The position numbers and the translations under genes are program-made. The notes beneath the pieces are model-generated. The model did no database searches, was not told the DNA's origin, and saw only the letters and a list, made by a program, of their open reading frames with translations. Source: Bacteroides sp. (GTDB lineage Bacteria > Bacteroidota > Bacteroidia > Bacteroidales > Muribaculaceae). Taken from it: a DNA stretch of 64,000 nt. Positions 20,238 to 30,000 of this stretch are shown here, in pieces; the stretch's first letter is position 1; each line of letters opens with the position of its first letter. The DNA lies in NCBI GenBank assembly GCA_014801525.1, contig JAAVEB010000014.1, positions 25,143 to 89,142 on the forward strand, in the 5' to 3' direction.

Positions 20238-21644
20238 TTATTTCATTGATTGAGCCTGGTCCATCATTTTCTGTGAGCGGATGATGTTCATGCGGTTCCA
20301 CACGACCATACCCATTGTGCAGATAACGAGGATGCCGGCGCCGATCCACTTCAGAGAGTGGCAGCACTGGTAGATGACCCATCCGAGCGGGCTGCCGGCA
20401 AAGTCAAGGCTACCTGCCGAGAATCCTTCGGGGATTCTCACGGCGGCGTCGCCCGTCTGCGCGTACACGTCGCGGGCTGCTTCGGTGAACGCCGGGGCGA
20501 TGTTGGTCACCATGTAAAGGCTGCCCACCATTATGATCAGTCCGATGATGAAAGTCTTAAGCACATTTCCCTTGGTGAAGGGGAGGATGAGGGGGAACAC
20601 GTAGAACATTCCGGCAAGCGATGCGAGCGGCAAGAACTCGTTGCCGGGCAGGAACACGGCGAGGGCGAGGGTCACGGGGATGAGGAGCAATGAAACCACG
20701 AGAGTGGTGGGGTGTCCGATGACAAGCGCCGGGCTCATTCCGATTGAAAGACCTTCGGCGCCCTTGAACTTGCGTGCTATCAGGGCGCGGGTGGCGTCGC
20801 TGATGGGCTTCAAGCCTTCGATAAAGAGAACGGTGATGCGGGGGATAAGCTCCATCACGGCGCCCATCTTGATGCCGAGTCCGAGGATGGCGGGAATGTT
20901 GTCGACAATCTCGTTCCAGCTGCTGTAAGAGAGGCAGCCGATGGCGATGCCCACGACAACGCCGAGGAATAGCGGCTCACCCATGATTCCGAATTTGCGT
21001 TTAAGTCCTTCGGCGTCGATTTCCAGCTTGTTCATCCCGGGAATCTTGTCGAGACCCTTGTTGATAATCCAGGCAAACGGGGCGAATCCCTGGCAGAAAG
21101 GCTGGGGAATTGAGATGCCCTCCATGTTTTCGTAGAACGACTGGAACTTCTTGGCTGTGATATCGGCAAGCACCAGGGTGATGATGTAGCAGATGATTGC
21201 TGCGAAGAATCCCCAGGCGATTGAACCGCTGACAAAGTAAACGACGGCGCCGATGAAGGCGAAGTGCCAGTAGTTCCAGAGGTCGATGTTGACGGTCTGG
21301 GTCGTTTTAGTCAGCAACATGATAAGGTTTACTCCGAGGCACACCGGTATGATGAACGCGCCCACGGCTGTGTTGTAGGCGACAGCGGCGGCGGCAGGCC
21401 AGCCCATGTCGAATACCGGAAGGTCGAGGTTATAGATTTCTACTACTTTGGTTAGCGCCGGTCCGAGACTGGATGTGAGAAGGGCGGTGATTACTGAAAG
21501 ACCGATGAATCCTACACCAACCTTCAGTCCGCTTTTGAACGCGTCGCCGAATTTTATGCCGATACAGGTTCCGAGGATAGTGAAGATGATGGGCATCATC
21601 ACCGCCGCTCCAAGACCTATTATATATTTAAAAACTTCTTCCAT
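20238..21644 (-). CDS. PTS galactitol-family IIC-like (GatC) membrane transporter, orphan
   Basis: DMGWPAAAA, T.TVNIDLWNYWHFAF, MELIPR; start reassigned to ATG 21644; no IIA/IIB gene nearby. Confidence 0.85.
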   Translation of the reverse strand: MEEVFKYIIGLGAAVMMPIIFTILGTCIGIKFGDAFKSGLKVGVGFIGLSVITALLTSSLGPALTKVVEIYNLDLPVFDMGWPAAAAVAYNTAVGAFIIPVCLGVNLIMLLTKTTQTVNIDLWNYWHFAFIGAVVYFVSGSIAWGFFAAIICYIITLVLADITAKKFQSFYENMEGISIPQPFCQGFAPFAWIINKGLDKIPGMNKLEIDAEGLKRKFGIMGEPLFLGVVVGIAIGCLSYSSWNEIVDNIPAILGLGIKMGAVMELIPRITVLFIEGLKPISDATRALIARKFKGAEGLSIGMSPALVIGHPTTLVVSLLLIPVTLALAVFLPGNEFLPLASLAGMFYVFPLILPFTKGNVLKTFIIGLIIMVGSLYMVTNIAPAFTEAARDVYAQTGDAAVRIPEGFSAGSLDFAGSPLGWVIYQCCHSLKWIGAGILVICTMGMVVWNRMNIIRSQKMMDQAQSMK

Positions 21645-21727
21645 GAAAGTGATAATGGATACTTTTAGGTATAACCACTGCGGGGCTTTACGCTCCGCAG
21701 TGGTATGTTTTGGCAATAATGGTTGCC

Positions 21728-22531
21728 TTATTTAGGTTGCTTTCCGATGTAAGCGAGGATACCGCCGTCAACATATAGCACGTGGCCGTTTACGGCATTT
21801 GAAGCCTCTGACGCAAGGAACACTGCGGGACCGGTGAGCTCCTGAGGATCAAGCCAGCGGCCTGCGGGAGTCTTGGCGCAGATGAATGAGTCAAACGGAT
21901 GACGGCTGCCATCGGGCTGTCTTTCGCGGAGGGGAGCGGTCTGGGGAGTTGCGATGTAACCCGGGCCGATACCGTTACACTGGATGTTGTATTCGCCATA
22001 TTCTGAGCAGATGTTGCGGGTGAGCATCTTGAGACCGCCCTTTGCGGCAGCGTATGCGCTCACTGTTTCGCGACCGAGTTCCGACATCATAGAGCAGATG
22101 TTGATGATCTTACCCTGGCGGCGTTCCATCATTGAAGGAAGCACAGCCTTAGCCACGATAAACGGAGCGGTGAGGTCGATGTCGATCACGCGACGGAAGT
22201 CAGAAGCTTCCATTTCGTGCATGGGCACGCGGCGGATGATGCCGGCGTTATTAACCAGAATGTCGATGGGGCCTACTTCGGCAGCGATAGTAGCCACCAT
22301 TTTTTGAACGGCGGGTTCGTCGGTCACGTCGCAAACATATCCGTGAACCTGGATGCCTTTTTCAGCATAGGCGGCAATACCCTTGTCAACGAGTTCCTGA
22401 TTGATGTCGTTAAAGCAGATTTTTGCGCCCTGTTCAGCAAATGCTGAAGCGATAGCGAATCCAATGCCGTAAGAAGCTCCGGTCACCAAAGCAACCTTGC
22501 CTTCCAGAGAAAAATTTAAGAATTGGTTCAT
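21728..22531 (-). CDS. kduD: SDR: 2-dehydro-3-deoxy-D-gluconate 5-dehydrogenase / gluconate 5-dehydrogenase
   Basis: TGASYGIG, NNAGII.R, YAAAK, NGIGPGYIAT; co-oriented with kdgK, eda and kduI. Confidence 0.8.
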   Translation of the reverse strand: MNQFLNFSLEGKVALVTGASYGIGFAIASAFAEQGAKICFNDINQELVDKGIAAYAEKGIQVHGYVCDVTDEPAVQKMVATIAAEVGPIDILVNNAGIIRRVPMHEMEASDFRRVIDIDLTAPFIVAKAVLPSMMERRQGKIINICSMMSELGRETVSAYAAAKGGLKMLTRNICSEYGEYNIQCNGIGPGYIATPQTAPLRERQPDGSRHPFDSFICAKTPAGRWLDPQELTGPAVFLASEASNAVNGHVLYVDGGILAYIGKQPK

Positions 22532-22605
22532 TGTCTCTCAATATTAAATGGTTAATAAATTTAAGCGTGCAAAGGGTAGTGAGCCTGCACTTGTGCAACA
22601 GTTTA

Positions 22606-22613
22606 CAAAGATA
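22606..22613 (-). promoter_or_regulatory. -7 promoter element of the kduD operon
   Basis: TATCTTTG on minus strand. Confidence 0.65.
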
Positions 22614-22866
22614 GAAAAAAAATCAGTGCGGTGTCATTTAAAAAATGGACATCGTGAAAAAAATATTGAAAAAATGCCGTGATTTTGAATTTAGGCACAA
22701 TTTTAATATTATTCCGGTACGAAATTATATTCATTGGAAGGGGGTGACGAAAAATTCTTTGTCGCAGGTCTGGACAAAAACGCGCTTTCGATTGTTATAT
22801 CATTGTAAAGCATCGCTTAGAGTGCGAAAAGTGTTATCGTTTCACTGGTTTAATTGAGGGAATATA

Positions 22867-24354
22867 ATGAGTATCAGGACTTTCATACTGACAGTTGTTG
22901 TCGCGTTGGCGGCTGTTGCGCCTTGCGGCGCCGGAGCGCAGATGCCCATTAAGATATATTCGCGTCTTCAGCAGGCGCCTGACAGCGCCGATGTCGCCTA
23001 TTATGGCAAGGAGCATTTCTGGAGAGGCGCCGGCGAGGTGTTTGGTTTCAACATCGGTTTGTGGGCTTTTGACCGCTATGTTCAGCATGGCGACTGGTCT
23101 TACATTAATTTCAACACTATAAAAGAGAATTTCAAGCACGGTTTCAAGTGGGATAATGACAATCTCAACACCAACATGTTTCTTCATCCCTACAATGGCA
23201 GCCTGTATTATAACGCCGCCCGCGCCAACGGGTACAACTACTGGAAGTCGGGATTGTTTGCCATCGCCGGGAGCGCCATGTGGGAGCTGTTCATGGAGTG
23301 TGAATATCCGTCGACCAATGATATCATAGCCACTCCGATAGGGGGAATGTGCATAGGCGAGGTTTGTTTCCGCGCCTCCGACCTCGTGCTTGACGACCGC
23401 GCCCGCGGAGCCGACCGTGTGGGTAGGGAGATCACCGGTTTCCTGCTGTCGCCGATGCGCGGCGTCACCCGCATTCTCACCGGCGACGCGTGGAGAACGC
23501 GCCCCACCTCGGGCAAGATTTTCGGCATTCCCAACATCGCTGTCGAGATTTCACTTGGAACCCGAATGCTCGACTATCATCATGACAACAGCTATGTGAA
23601 GTTTGGCGGCGCGATGGAGCTCAACGTGGAGTATGGCGACCGTTTCGAATTGAAGAGCAGTAAGCCCTATGACTACTTCACGTTCAGCGCGAGCCTTAAT
23701 TTCATGAAGACCCAGCCCGTGCTGAGCCATCTTGAAATAAAGGGGCGCCTCATCGGCAGGGAGCTTCTTGAGGAGAAGGACACCCACTTGAGCGTGGGGC
23801 TCTTCCAGCACTTTGACTTCTTCGACTCTGACACCATCGCTTCAGGTCATGTGCCCTACAAGCTCGGCATTCCCGCCAGCCTTGGCGGAGGGGTGTTTTT
23901 CCGCGACATTCAGAGACGGCGCTGGGTGCTCGACGCCTATGCCCATGCCAATGCCGTGATTCTCGGGTCGGTGCTTTCGGATTATTATATGGTTGATGAC
24001 CGCAATTATAATCTTGCGAGCGGCTTTTCGCTGAAGGGCGGAGTCAACATGGTTTTTGACGGCGACCGTTTTTCGATGTCGCTCTCTCATGAGTATTACC
24101 GCCTGTTCACCTGGGTGGGTTATCATGAAAAGACCAACCTGGCCAGGGTCGACTACAGGACTCTTAACGCCCAGGGCGACCGGTCGGTGGCGTCGTTCAA
24201 TGTCACTCAGTTCCGTGCCGACATGAAGTTGCATGACCGTCTTTATCTATCGCTTTTGCTCGACCACTATCTGAGGTCGACCCACTATCGCGATTTCCCT
24301 CATGTGGAGTCAACGTCGCTGTCGGCGAAGCTGATGGCTACATATAAGTTCTGA
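22867..24354 (+). CDS. DUF3943-domain outer-membrane beta-barrel-like protein
   Basis: Signal peptide; WDND...TN.F.HPY.G..Y, WE...E...PS.ND...TP.GG; C-terminal YKF. Confidence 0.75.
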   Translation: MSIRTFILTVVVALAAVAPCGAGAQMPIKIYSRLQQAPDSADVAYYGKEHFWRGAGEVFGFNIGLWAFDRYVQHGDWSYINFNTIKENFKHGFKWDNDNLNTNMFLHPYNGSLYYNAARANGYNYWKSGLFAIAGSAMWELFMECEYPSTNDIIATPIGGMCIGEVCFRASDLVLDDRARGADRVGREITGFLLSPMRGVTRILTGDAWRTRPTSGKIFGIPNIAVEISLGTRMLDYHHDNSYVKFGGAMELNVEYGDRFELKSSKPYDYFTFSASLNFMKTQPVLSHLEIKGRLIGRELLEEKDTHLSVGLFQHFDFFDSDTIASGHVPYKLGIPASLGGGVFFRDIQRRRWVLDAYAHANAVILGSVLSDYYMVDDRNYNLASGFSLKGGVNMVFDGDRFSMSLSHEYYRLFTWVGYHEKTNLARVDYRTLNAQGDRSVASFNVTQFRADMKLHDRLYLSLLLDHYLRSTHYRDFPHVESTSLSAKLMATYKF

Positions 24355-24381
24355 GGTTTGGATTTTTGGCGGGAAAAATGT

Positions 24382-24389
24382 TATCTTTG
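24382..24389 (+). promoter_or_regulatory. -7 promoter element for the SIS-PfkB-ribH genes
   Basis: TATCTTTG; TTTG -33 candidate upstream at about 24357. Confidence 0.65.
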
Positions 24390-24412
24390 CGTAATAATAG
24401 AGATTGTTCCTC

Positions 24413-25024
24413 ATGAGTAGTGTCCAAGAATCCATGCGCGAGATTCTCGAAAAGGAGAGCCGCGCTATCGCAAATATTCCTGTCACTGACGGTTATGACC
24501 GCGCCGTTGAGCTTATAATCGAGCGGGTCCACCGCCGTCATGGAAAAGTAGTGACTTCAGGAATGGGAAAAGCGGGGCAGATAGCGATGAATATCGCCAC
24601 CACTTTTTCTTCGACCGGCACCCCCGCCGTGAATCTGCATCCCGCCGAGGCGCAGCATGGCGACCTTGGAGTGTTGCAGCCCGACGACGTTCTGCTCCTA
24701 ATATCCAATTCGGGCAAGACGCGCGAGATTATCGATCTGGTGCTGCTGGCTCGTAATCTTTATGAGGATATTCCGCTGATTGTCATAACCGGCAATGCCG
24801 GGAGCGAGCTCGCCGAGATGGCTAACGTGACTCTGTTCACCGGCGGAGCCCCCGAAGTGTGTCCCCTGGGGCTCACTCCCACCACTTCGACCACGATGAT
24901 GACGGTGATCGGCGACGTGCTCGTGGTCAATGTCATGAAAGCCATCGGCTTCACCCGCGAAGAGTATGCCAAGCGTCATCATGGCGGATATTTGGGGAGT
25001 GTTTCAAGAGAGAAAAAACATTAA
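24413..25024 (+). CDS. SIS-domain arabinose-5-phosphate isomerase (KpsF/GutQ family, no CBS domains)
   Basis: SGMGKAG, LHPAEAQHGDLG, ISNSGKT, PTTST, HHGGYLG. Confidence 0.88.
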   Translation: MSSVQESMREILEKESRAIANIPVTDGYDRAVELIIERVHRRHGKVVTSGMGKAGQIAMNIATTFSSTGTPAVNLHPAEAQHGDLGVLQPDDVLLLISNSGKTREIIDLVLLARNLYEDIPLIVITGNAGSELAEMANVTLFTGGAPEVCPLGLTPTTSTTMMTVIGDVLVVNVMKAIGFTREEYAKRHHGGYLGSVSREKKH

Positions 25025-25028
25025 AGTG

Positions 25029-25928
25029 ATGAGAAAGATAATAGCAATAGGCGAGTGCAGCCTTGACATTTTTTTCCGCAACGATTGCCCGTGGCTTTCG
25101 GCGCCGGGAGCGACAATTCTTAATGCCGCCGCGTCGCTGGGAAAGCATAGCCGCGACATCTCATTTGTCGGAGAGGCTGCCGCCGATCATGTTGGCGACA
25201 CTGTCGTTGAGTTCCTCACCCGTAATAATGTGGGGACGCATTCAATCGACCGGTTTACCGACGGAGTCACTCCCGCCACATTGATTTTTACCGACGATCA
25301 TGACTGCGAGCGCCACCGTGTGCGCTATGAGCGTTATTCGACTCAGAGTTTCGGAGTGGTGTGGCCGCGCATCGACCCCGACGACGTGATTGTGTTCGGC
25401 GGACTCTATGCTCTGGAGGAGCGTGTGCATTCGCGCCTGTTTGATATTGTCAAATATGCCCACGAGCGCAAGGCGATAATCGTCTATGCTCCCGACATGG
25501 GGGTCAGTCCTGCTGTCAATCTCACCCATGTCAAGCCCGCCATCCTTGAAAATCTTGAAATGGCTGACATCGTTGTCACCACCAGCTCCGATTTGAAAAC
25601 GATATTTGGCGAGGGGGGCGGACACAAATCCTATACCCGCGACATCAGCTTCTATTGCTTCAACCACATAAACGTCGACTTTGAAGATGGTTCGATGACC
25701 TTCTATAACCGCAAGAAGTCGGAGTCCGTTAAGGTGGATTGCAGCGCCGAGGTGCGCAAAGTGTGGTTTGCCGGAGCTGTAGCCGGTGTCGTCGACTCTC
25801 TTTTCAAGGATGAAATCATGAAAGAGCAGGTGGGCGACATGGAATCCGAGATGATGAAAAAAATAGTGGACCATGCCGCGTCGTGGGGTTCAATGGCTGT
25901 TGAATCCACTGACCGTCTTGTTCCTTAA
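25029..25928 (+). CDS. PfkB-family carbohydrate-kinase-like protein, degenerate
   Basis: IAIGE..LDI, PG...LNAA..LG, D.VG N-terminal PfkB signature; C-terminal GAGD motif missing. Confidence 0.7.
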   Translation: MRKIIAIGECSLDIFFRNDCPWLSAPGATILNAAASLGKHSRDISFVGEAAADHVGDTVVEFLTRNNVGTHSIDRFTDGVTPATLIFTDDHDCERHRVRYERYSTQSFGVVWPRIDPDDVIVFGGLYALEERVHSRLFDIVKYAHERKAIIVYAPDMGVSPAVNLTHVKPAILENLEMADIVVTTSSDLKTIFGEGGGHKSYTRDISFYCFNHINVDFEDGSMTFYNRKKSESVKVDCSAEVRKVWFAGAVAGVVDSLFKDEIMKEQVGDMESEMMKKIVDHAASWGSMAVESTDRLVP

Positions 25929-25952
25929 CCCAATTTAAGCATATTGATAATA

Positions 25953-26432
25953 ATGGCAACAAGTCTGTCTACCGGAGCGCCTAAAGGGGCTCTTCCTGAA
26001 ATACCGGCAGGAACAAAGGTTGCGATAGTGACCGCCGAATGGAATTCCAATATCACCGAAGCCCTCACGAAGGGAGCTGTCGAGCTTCTGGAGCAGGAGA
26101 AGGTGGAATATGAAGTGTTTCATGTGCCCGGAGCCATCGAGCTCACCTATGCGGCTTCGGCATTGTGGAACACCGCCCGCTATGGCGCGATCATCGTGTT
26201 TGGCTGCGTGATCCGCGGCGGCACTCCCCACTTCGATTATGTGTGTGACAGCGTGACCCGCGGGGTGACTGAAATAAATCTTCGCAAAAATGGAGCGCCG
26301 GTCATCTTTGGTGTCTTAACCGTTGACTGCGAGCAGGATGCGATAGACCGTGCGGGTGGAAAACTCGGCAATAAAGGCACCGAAGCTGCTGAGGCTGCAA
26401 TAAAAATGATACATTTTATGGGAAATATATAA
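25953..26432 (+). CDS. ribH: 6,7-dimethyl-8-ribityllumazine synthase
   Basis: AEWN, VPGAIEL, GCVIRGGTPHFDYVC, FGVLT, RAGGKLGNKG. Confidence 0.96.
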   Translation: MATSLSTGAPKGALPEIPAGTKVAIVTAEWNSNITEALTKGAVELLEQEKVEYEVFHVPGAIELTYAASALWNTARYGAIIVFGCVIRGGTPHFDYVCDSVTRGVTEINLRKNGAPVIFGVLTVDCEQDAIDRAGGKLGNKGTEAAEAAIKMIHFMGNI

Positions 26433-26440
26433 AAAATTCG

Positions 26441-26448
26441 TATCTTTG
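26441..26448 (+). promoter_or_regulatory. -7 promoter element of tRNA-Tyr/Gly
   Basis: TATCTTTG 13 nt before tRNA-Tyr. Confidence 0.7.
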
Positions 26449-26461
26449 CACTACGAATTAA

Positions 26462-26544
26462 GGGCGAATACCAGAGTGGCCAAATGGGGCAGACTGTAAA
26501 TCTGCTGGTTTCTACCTTCGGTGGTTCGAATCCATCTTCGCCCA
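26462..26544 (+). tRNA. tRNA-Tyr(GTA)
   Basis: GGGCGAA/TTCGCCC acceptor stem, GCAGA-CTGTAAA-TCTGC anticodon arm, variable arm, GGTTCGAATCC. Confidence 0.97.
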
Positions 26545-26554
26545 CAATTCAATT

Positions 26555-26627
26555 GCGGAAGTAGCTCAGTTGATAGAGCATCAGCCTTCCAAGCTGAGGG
26601 TCGCGAGTTTGAGCCTCGTCTTCCGCT
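26555..26627 (+). tRNA. tRNA-Gly(TCC)
   Basis: GCGGAAG/CTTCCGC acceptor, TCAGC-CTTCCAA-GCTGA anticodon arm. Confidence 0.95.
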
Positions 26628-26630
26628 CAA

Positions 26631-26658
26631 GAAAGCCGGATTTTTATCCGGCTTTTTC
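26631..26658 (+). terminator. Terminator after tRNA-Gly
   Basis: AAAGCCGGA-loop-TCCGGCTTTTT. Confidence 0.85.
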
Positions 26659-26760
26659 TGTTTTCAATGGCATGATTCTGAGCCGGCGGACAAAACAAAC
26701 GCTCTCCCTTTTCATAAAAAAAGAAGCTATGTCGCGCTGAACACGACACAGCCTCTTCTG

Positions 26761-26832
26761 TAGCCCGGAGCGGAATCGAACCGCTATCTAAGGTTTAGGA
26801 AACCTCTATTCTATCCGTTGAACTACCAGGCC
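26761..26832 (-). tRNA. tRNA-Arg(CCT)
   Basis: Reverse complement GGCCTGG...GAGGT-TTCCTAA-ACCTT...GGTTCGATTCC...CCGGGCTA; TAAATTTG promoter at 26849-26856. Confidence 0.95.
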
Positions 26833-27059
26833 ATTGGATTTTCCGGTGCAAATTTACGCATAAAAAGCGACTTTCACACACTTTTCTCCAATAAAGCAAT
26901 CAAAAACGCTCCAAATTTCCCGAAACCGAGTCCATTTGGAGCGTTCCATAAAGTCATTTCAATTTATATCGGCACCGTCCTTCAATGCGGAACCAATCCA
27001 GGCGAAAAACATCACAACGATTAAAATCCACGTCATTGCTACAATCAATTAGATAGATA

Positions 27060-30000
27060 TCATCTCAGATATGTTGCAGCCACGATGCCCACGACAACCT
27101 CGTTGGAAACAGTTTCAAGCGTCATGTCGGCAAGTTCCTTGTCGGGGTTCAGCGGCATACACAGCATAACGCCCGCGCCACCGTCGATGCGGCGCCCATA
27201 AACTCCCGTGATATTCAGCTCCTCCTCAAGATTGTCGCTCACAAGAGCCTCCTTGAAGGTGAGGCGATAGGGGCGCGGAGTCTCAAGACGGAACGCCTTG
27301 CCGTCCACAAAATAATCCTGCTCGATGGGACACCAGTTGAACGGAGCCGTGAGCGACAATGTCTCCGTGCTGCCGTCGGCATATCTCACCTTGATGCGGG
27401 CATTTTCCATGTAGCACTGCATGTGGTTGGTGCTTCCGGCAAGCAGCAGCTCTATGCCGCGAGCCTTCCCCTGAAGCGGAATCGTGACGCTGTCGGGATA
27501 ATTGTCAAAGAGCGAAGTGTATATCACATTCTTTCCGACTGCCGCCGACTTATAAGGTATGCCGAGCTTGGTCATGAGCACGCCGTCGGCGTCAAGAGCC
27601 GCGCGCAGTCCCGAGTCGTCGATGTGGGCGGTGTCCTTGGGATGACACCACTCGCCTATGCCCTGAACCGGAATCTGAAGCGTGGTGTAAGGCGAACGTG
27701 GCGAAAGATATTCATTGCGGAATATATCGGTCACGTTTGAGTTATAATATCCGTTCAGGTCGATAGTCTCGTAATTGTTGCCGTCGGCTATCATAAGGTC
27801 GAGGGCATATTCAGGCGTCGGCTCCTCCTTGGCGGTCGGAATCTCCTCCCACCATGTCATGCCACCCTGCTTCACTTGTTTGAATCCGTCGCGGGTCTTT
27901 ACGGTGGCTACTGCGAGTTTCTGCTCAATCGGAGCGCCTGCCCACTCGATCTCCACGTTCATCTCGGGAGCCGCAGCAGCGGTAACCGCTATCGACGGGC
28001 GCCCAACGCTCTCCTCGACTTTACTCCATTGAGCCGGCTTGCCGTTGACTTTCACCGACTTCACATTTTCAGCATATGCGCCAAGTTGGAAAGTGACCGT
28101 CTTGATCGGCTCCATGCCGAGAGTGAGCTTATAAGTCTCCTTTTCGCCGTCGCGCTTGAACGCCAGCGAAAAGTCGGAATGCTTTATTGACGCGTGTTCC
28201 CAATCAGCGGGGAAACCGGGTTTCACAGTCAGCTTGCCGTTCAACGCATCGGGGTTGAAACCAAACAAGCCCTGCACCACAGCGCGCGAAATAACTCCCA
28301 CCGGGTCGCCGAAGTCACGGTAGCACTCTCCGCGCGCCGCGTCATAGAAACTGATCTGACCGATGTTTCCGGGGCTGCTGCCCATATACATCCCGTCGAG
28401 CATCGAGCTCTTGAGCAGGCGAGCCGCCTCCTCGGGACGTCCTGCCTCCCAGTAGGCGAGCACGGTGTGCATCACCTCGGCAAACGCTACGTTGTTTATG
28501 CTCCACGCATAAGGGAGCCAGTCGGTAGTGGCGATTGTGGTATAGTCGCCTTCAGGACCCCCTTCAGCCTCGACAGTGATGTGGGGGATGTTATTGTCTA
28601 TATATCTCGTGGCGCTGTAAGCCTGGAATGGATCGGCGACATCGCTGTCGATCGCATGATACACCGTCCAGAGCGCCGGATGGTCATGAAGCCTTTGATG
28701 ACCCATGAAATCCTTGAACTCTGCCCACACTCCCTTGTCGGGCATCCAAAGCGTTGAATTAAGAGCGTTCAATATCTTCTCAGCCTCTTTCTTATAAGGG
28801 GTAGGATCCTCGCCTATCTTTTCGGCAATCTCCGCCGCAAGCTTATTGGCGCGATAGTTATAAGCAGTCGAGTGGGTCACGGCGCCGCTGTTGTAATAGA
28901 GAGCGTCGCTCGCCCATATACAGCAGTAAGCGTCATAGAGCCCGTCGTCATTGGGGTCATAATTGCGCTTCTCCCATGCGAGATGAGCCTGAATAACTGG
29001 CCACATCTGACGGGCATACTCCAGGTCGCCCGTCCAGTTGAAATGCCACAACAGCTCGTCCATATAACACAGGTTCATGTCATAATGATGCATCTGGTCG
29101 TTACGCTCCGGATTGCGGCATATATAACCGTTGCTATACATCTGAGTGCCCCACTTCTTCTCGGCGCGGGCGAGATTCATCGTCGAGTCCTGGGCGGGAT
29201 GGGGAATAACGGGCTCCACATCGGTCACCTGCGACTTGGCGTAAGCGTCAAAGTGAGTGCGGGCGCGGTCGTGCCAGCCCAGGAAGTCGCCGGTGTAGGC
29301 GGCTCTCCATCCGCTCAGCGGCATTCTCCAGCCCACTGCGCCGTGCAGCCATGTCTTTCCGTCCCATATACCGTCGGCGGCAGCCATTATCGCCGAGCCG
29401 AGAGTATTGAAATAAGGGTCGGGGGTATCGATCACAAGATGGTCGGCAATCTCCTTGCGCTGAGACTGCGCCTTGTCATATGCGGCGGCAATCTGCTTCT
29501 GTCCCGAAGCGGTGACATCGCGGTCAAAATATTCGATATAGGCAGTCGCCGACTTGCCCCCGATCATGACCGAGGCGCGGCGCAAATTGTCGCGGTTCTC
29601 GGCAGGAGCGAACGCATTGGCGGGGTCGGCGCCGATATCGCCGCTGCGGTTAAGCTTCACCTTCACCGTCGAGCAGGTATTGGCTGTAAGAACGCTCCCC
29701 TTGGGCATATCCTTGGCGACAACTTTCCATATGGCGCCCTCTCGGTCATAAGTCGCAACGACAGTCATGTCGATCGAGCCTTTGCCCCATGCCGGATCGG
29801 TGAGCGTGTAGCGTCGCTCGCCTCCGGTGTAGTAAGCCGTGCAGTCGGCTACCGAGTCAAGACGCATAGTCTTGCCCCCGACGGTCACAGTGAAGTGTAT
29901 GTTGCGGTTCTCGCTCTTATGGTAGGCGGCGAAAATAGGCCTGTCGCTCGTCTCGACGCGAAACAGAGTGGGACCGCCGTAAAGAGCCCTCGTATAAAGA

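Noticed and set aside
26462-26832. tRNA cluster as an integration site; non-canonical TTTGAG T-loop in tRNA-Gly
   Set aside because: No integrase or duplicated tRNA 3' end was found. The tRNA stems pair normally, so it is not called a pseudogene.
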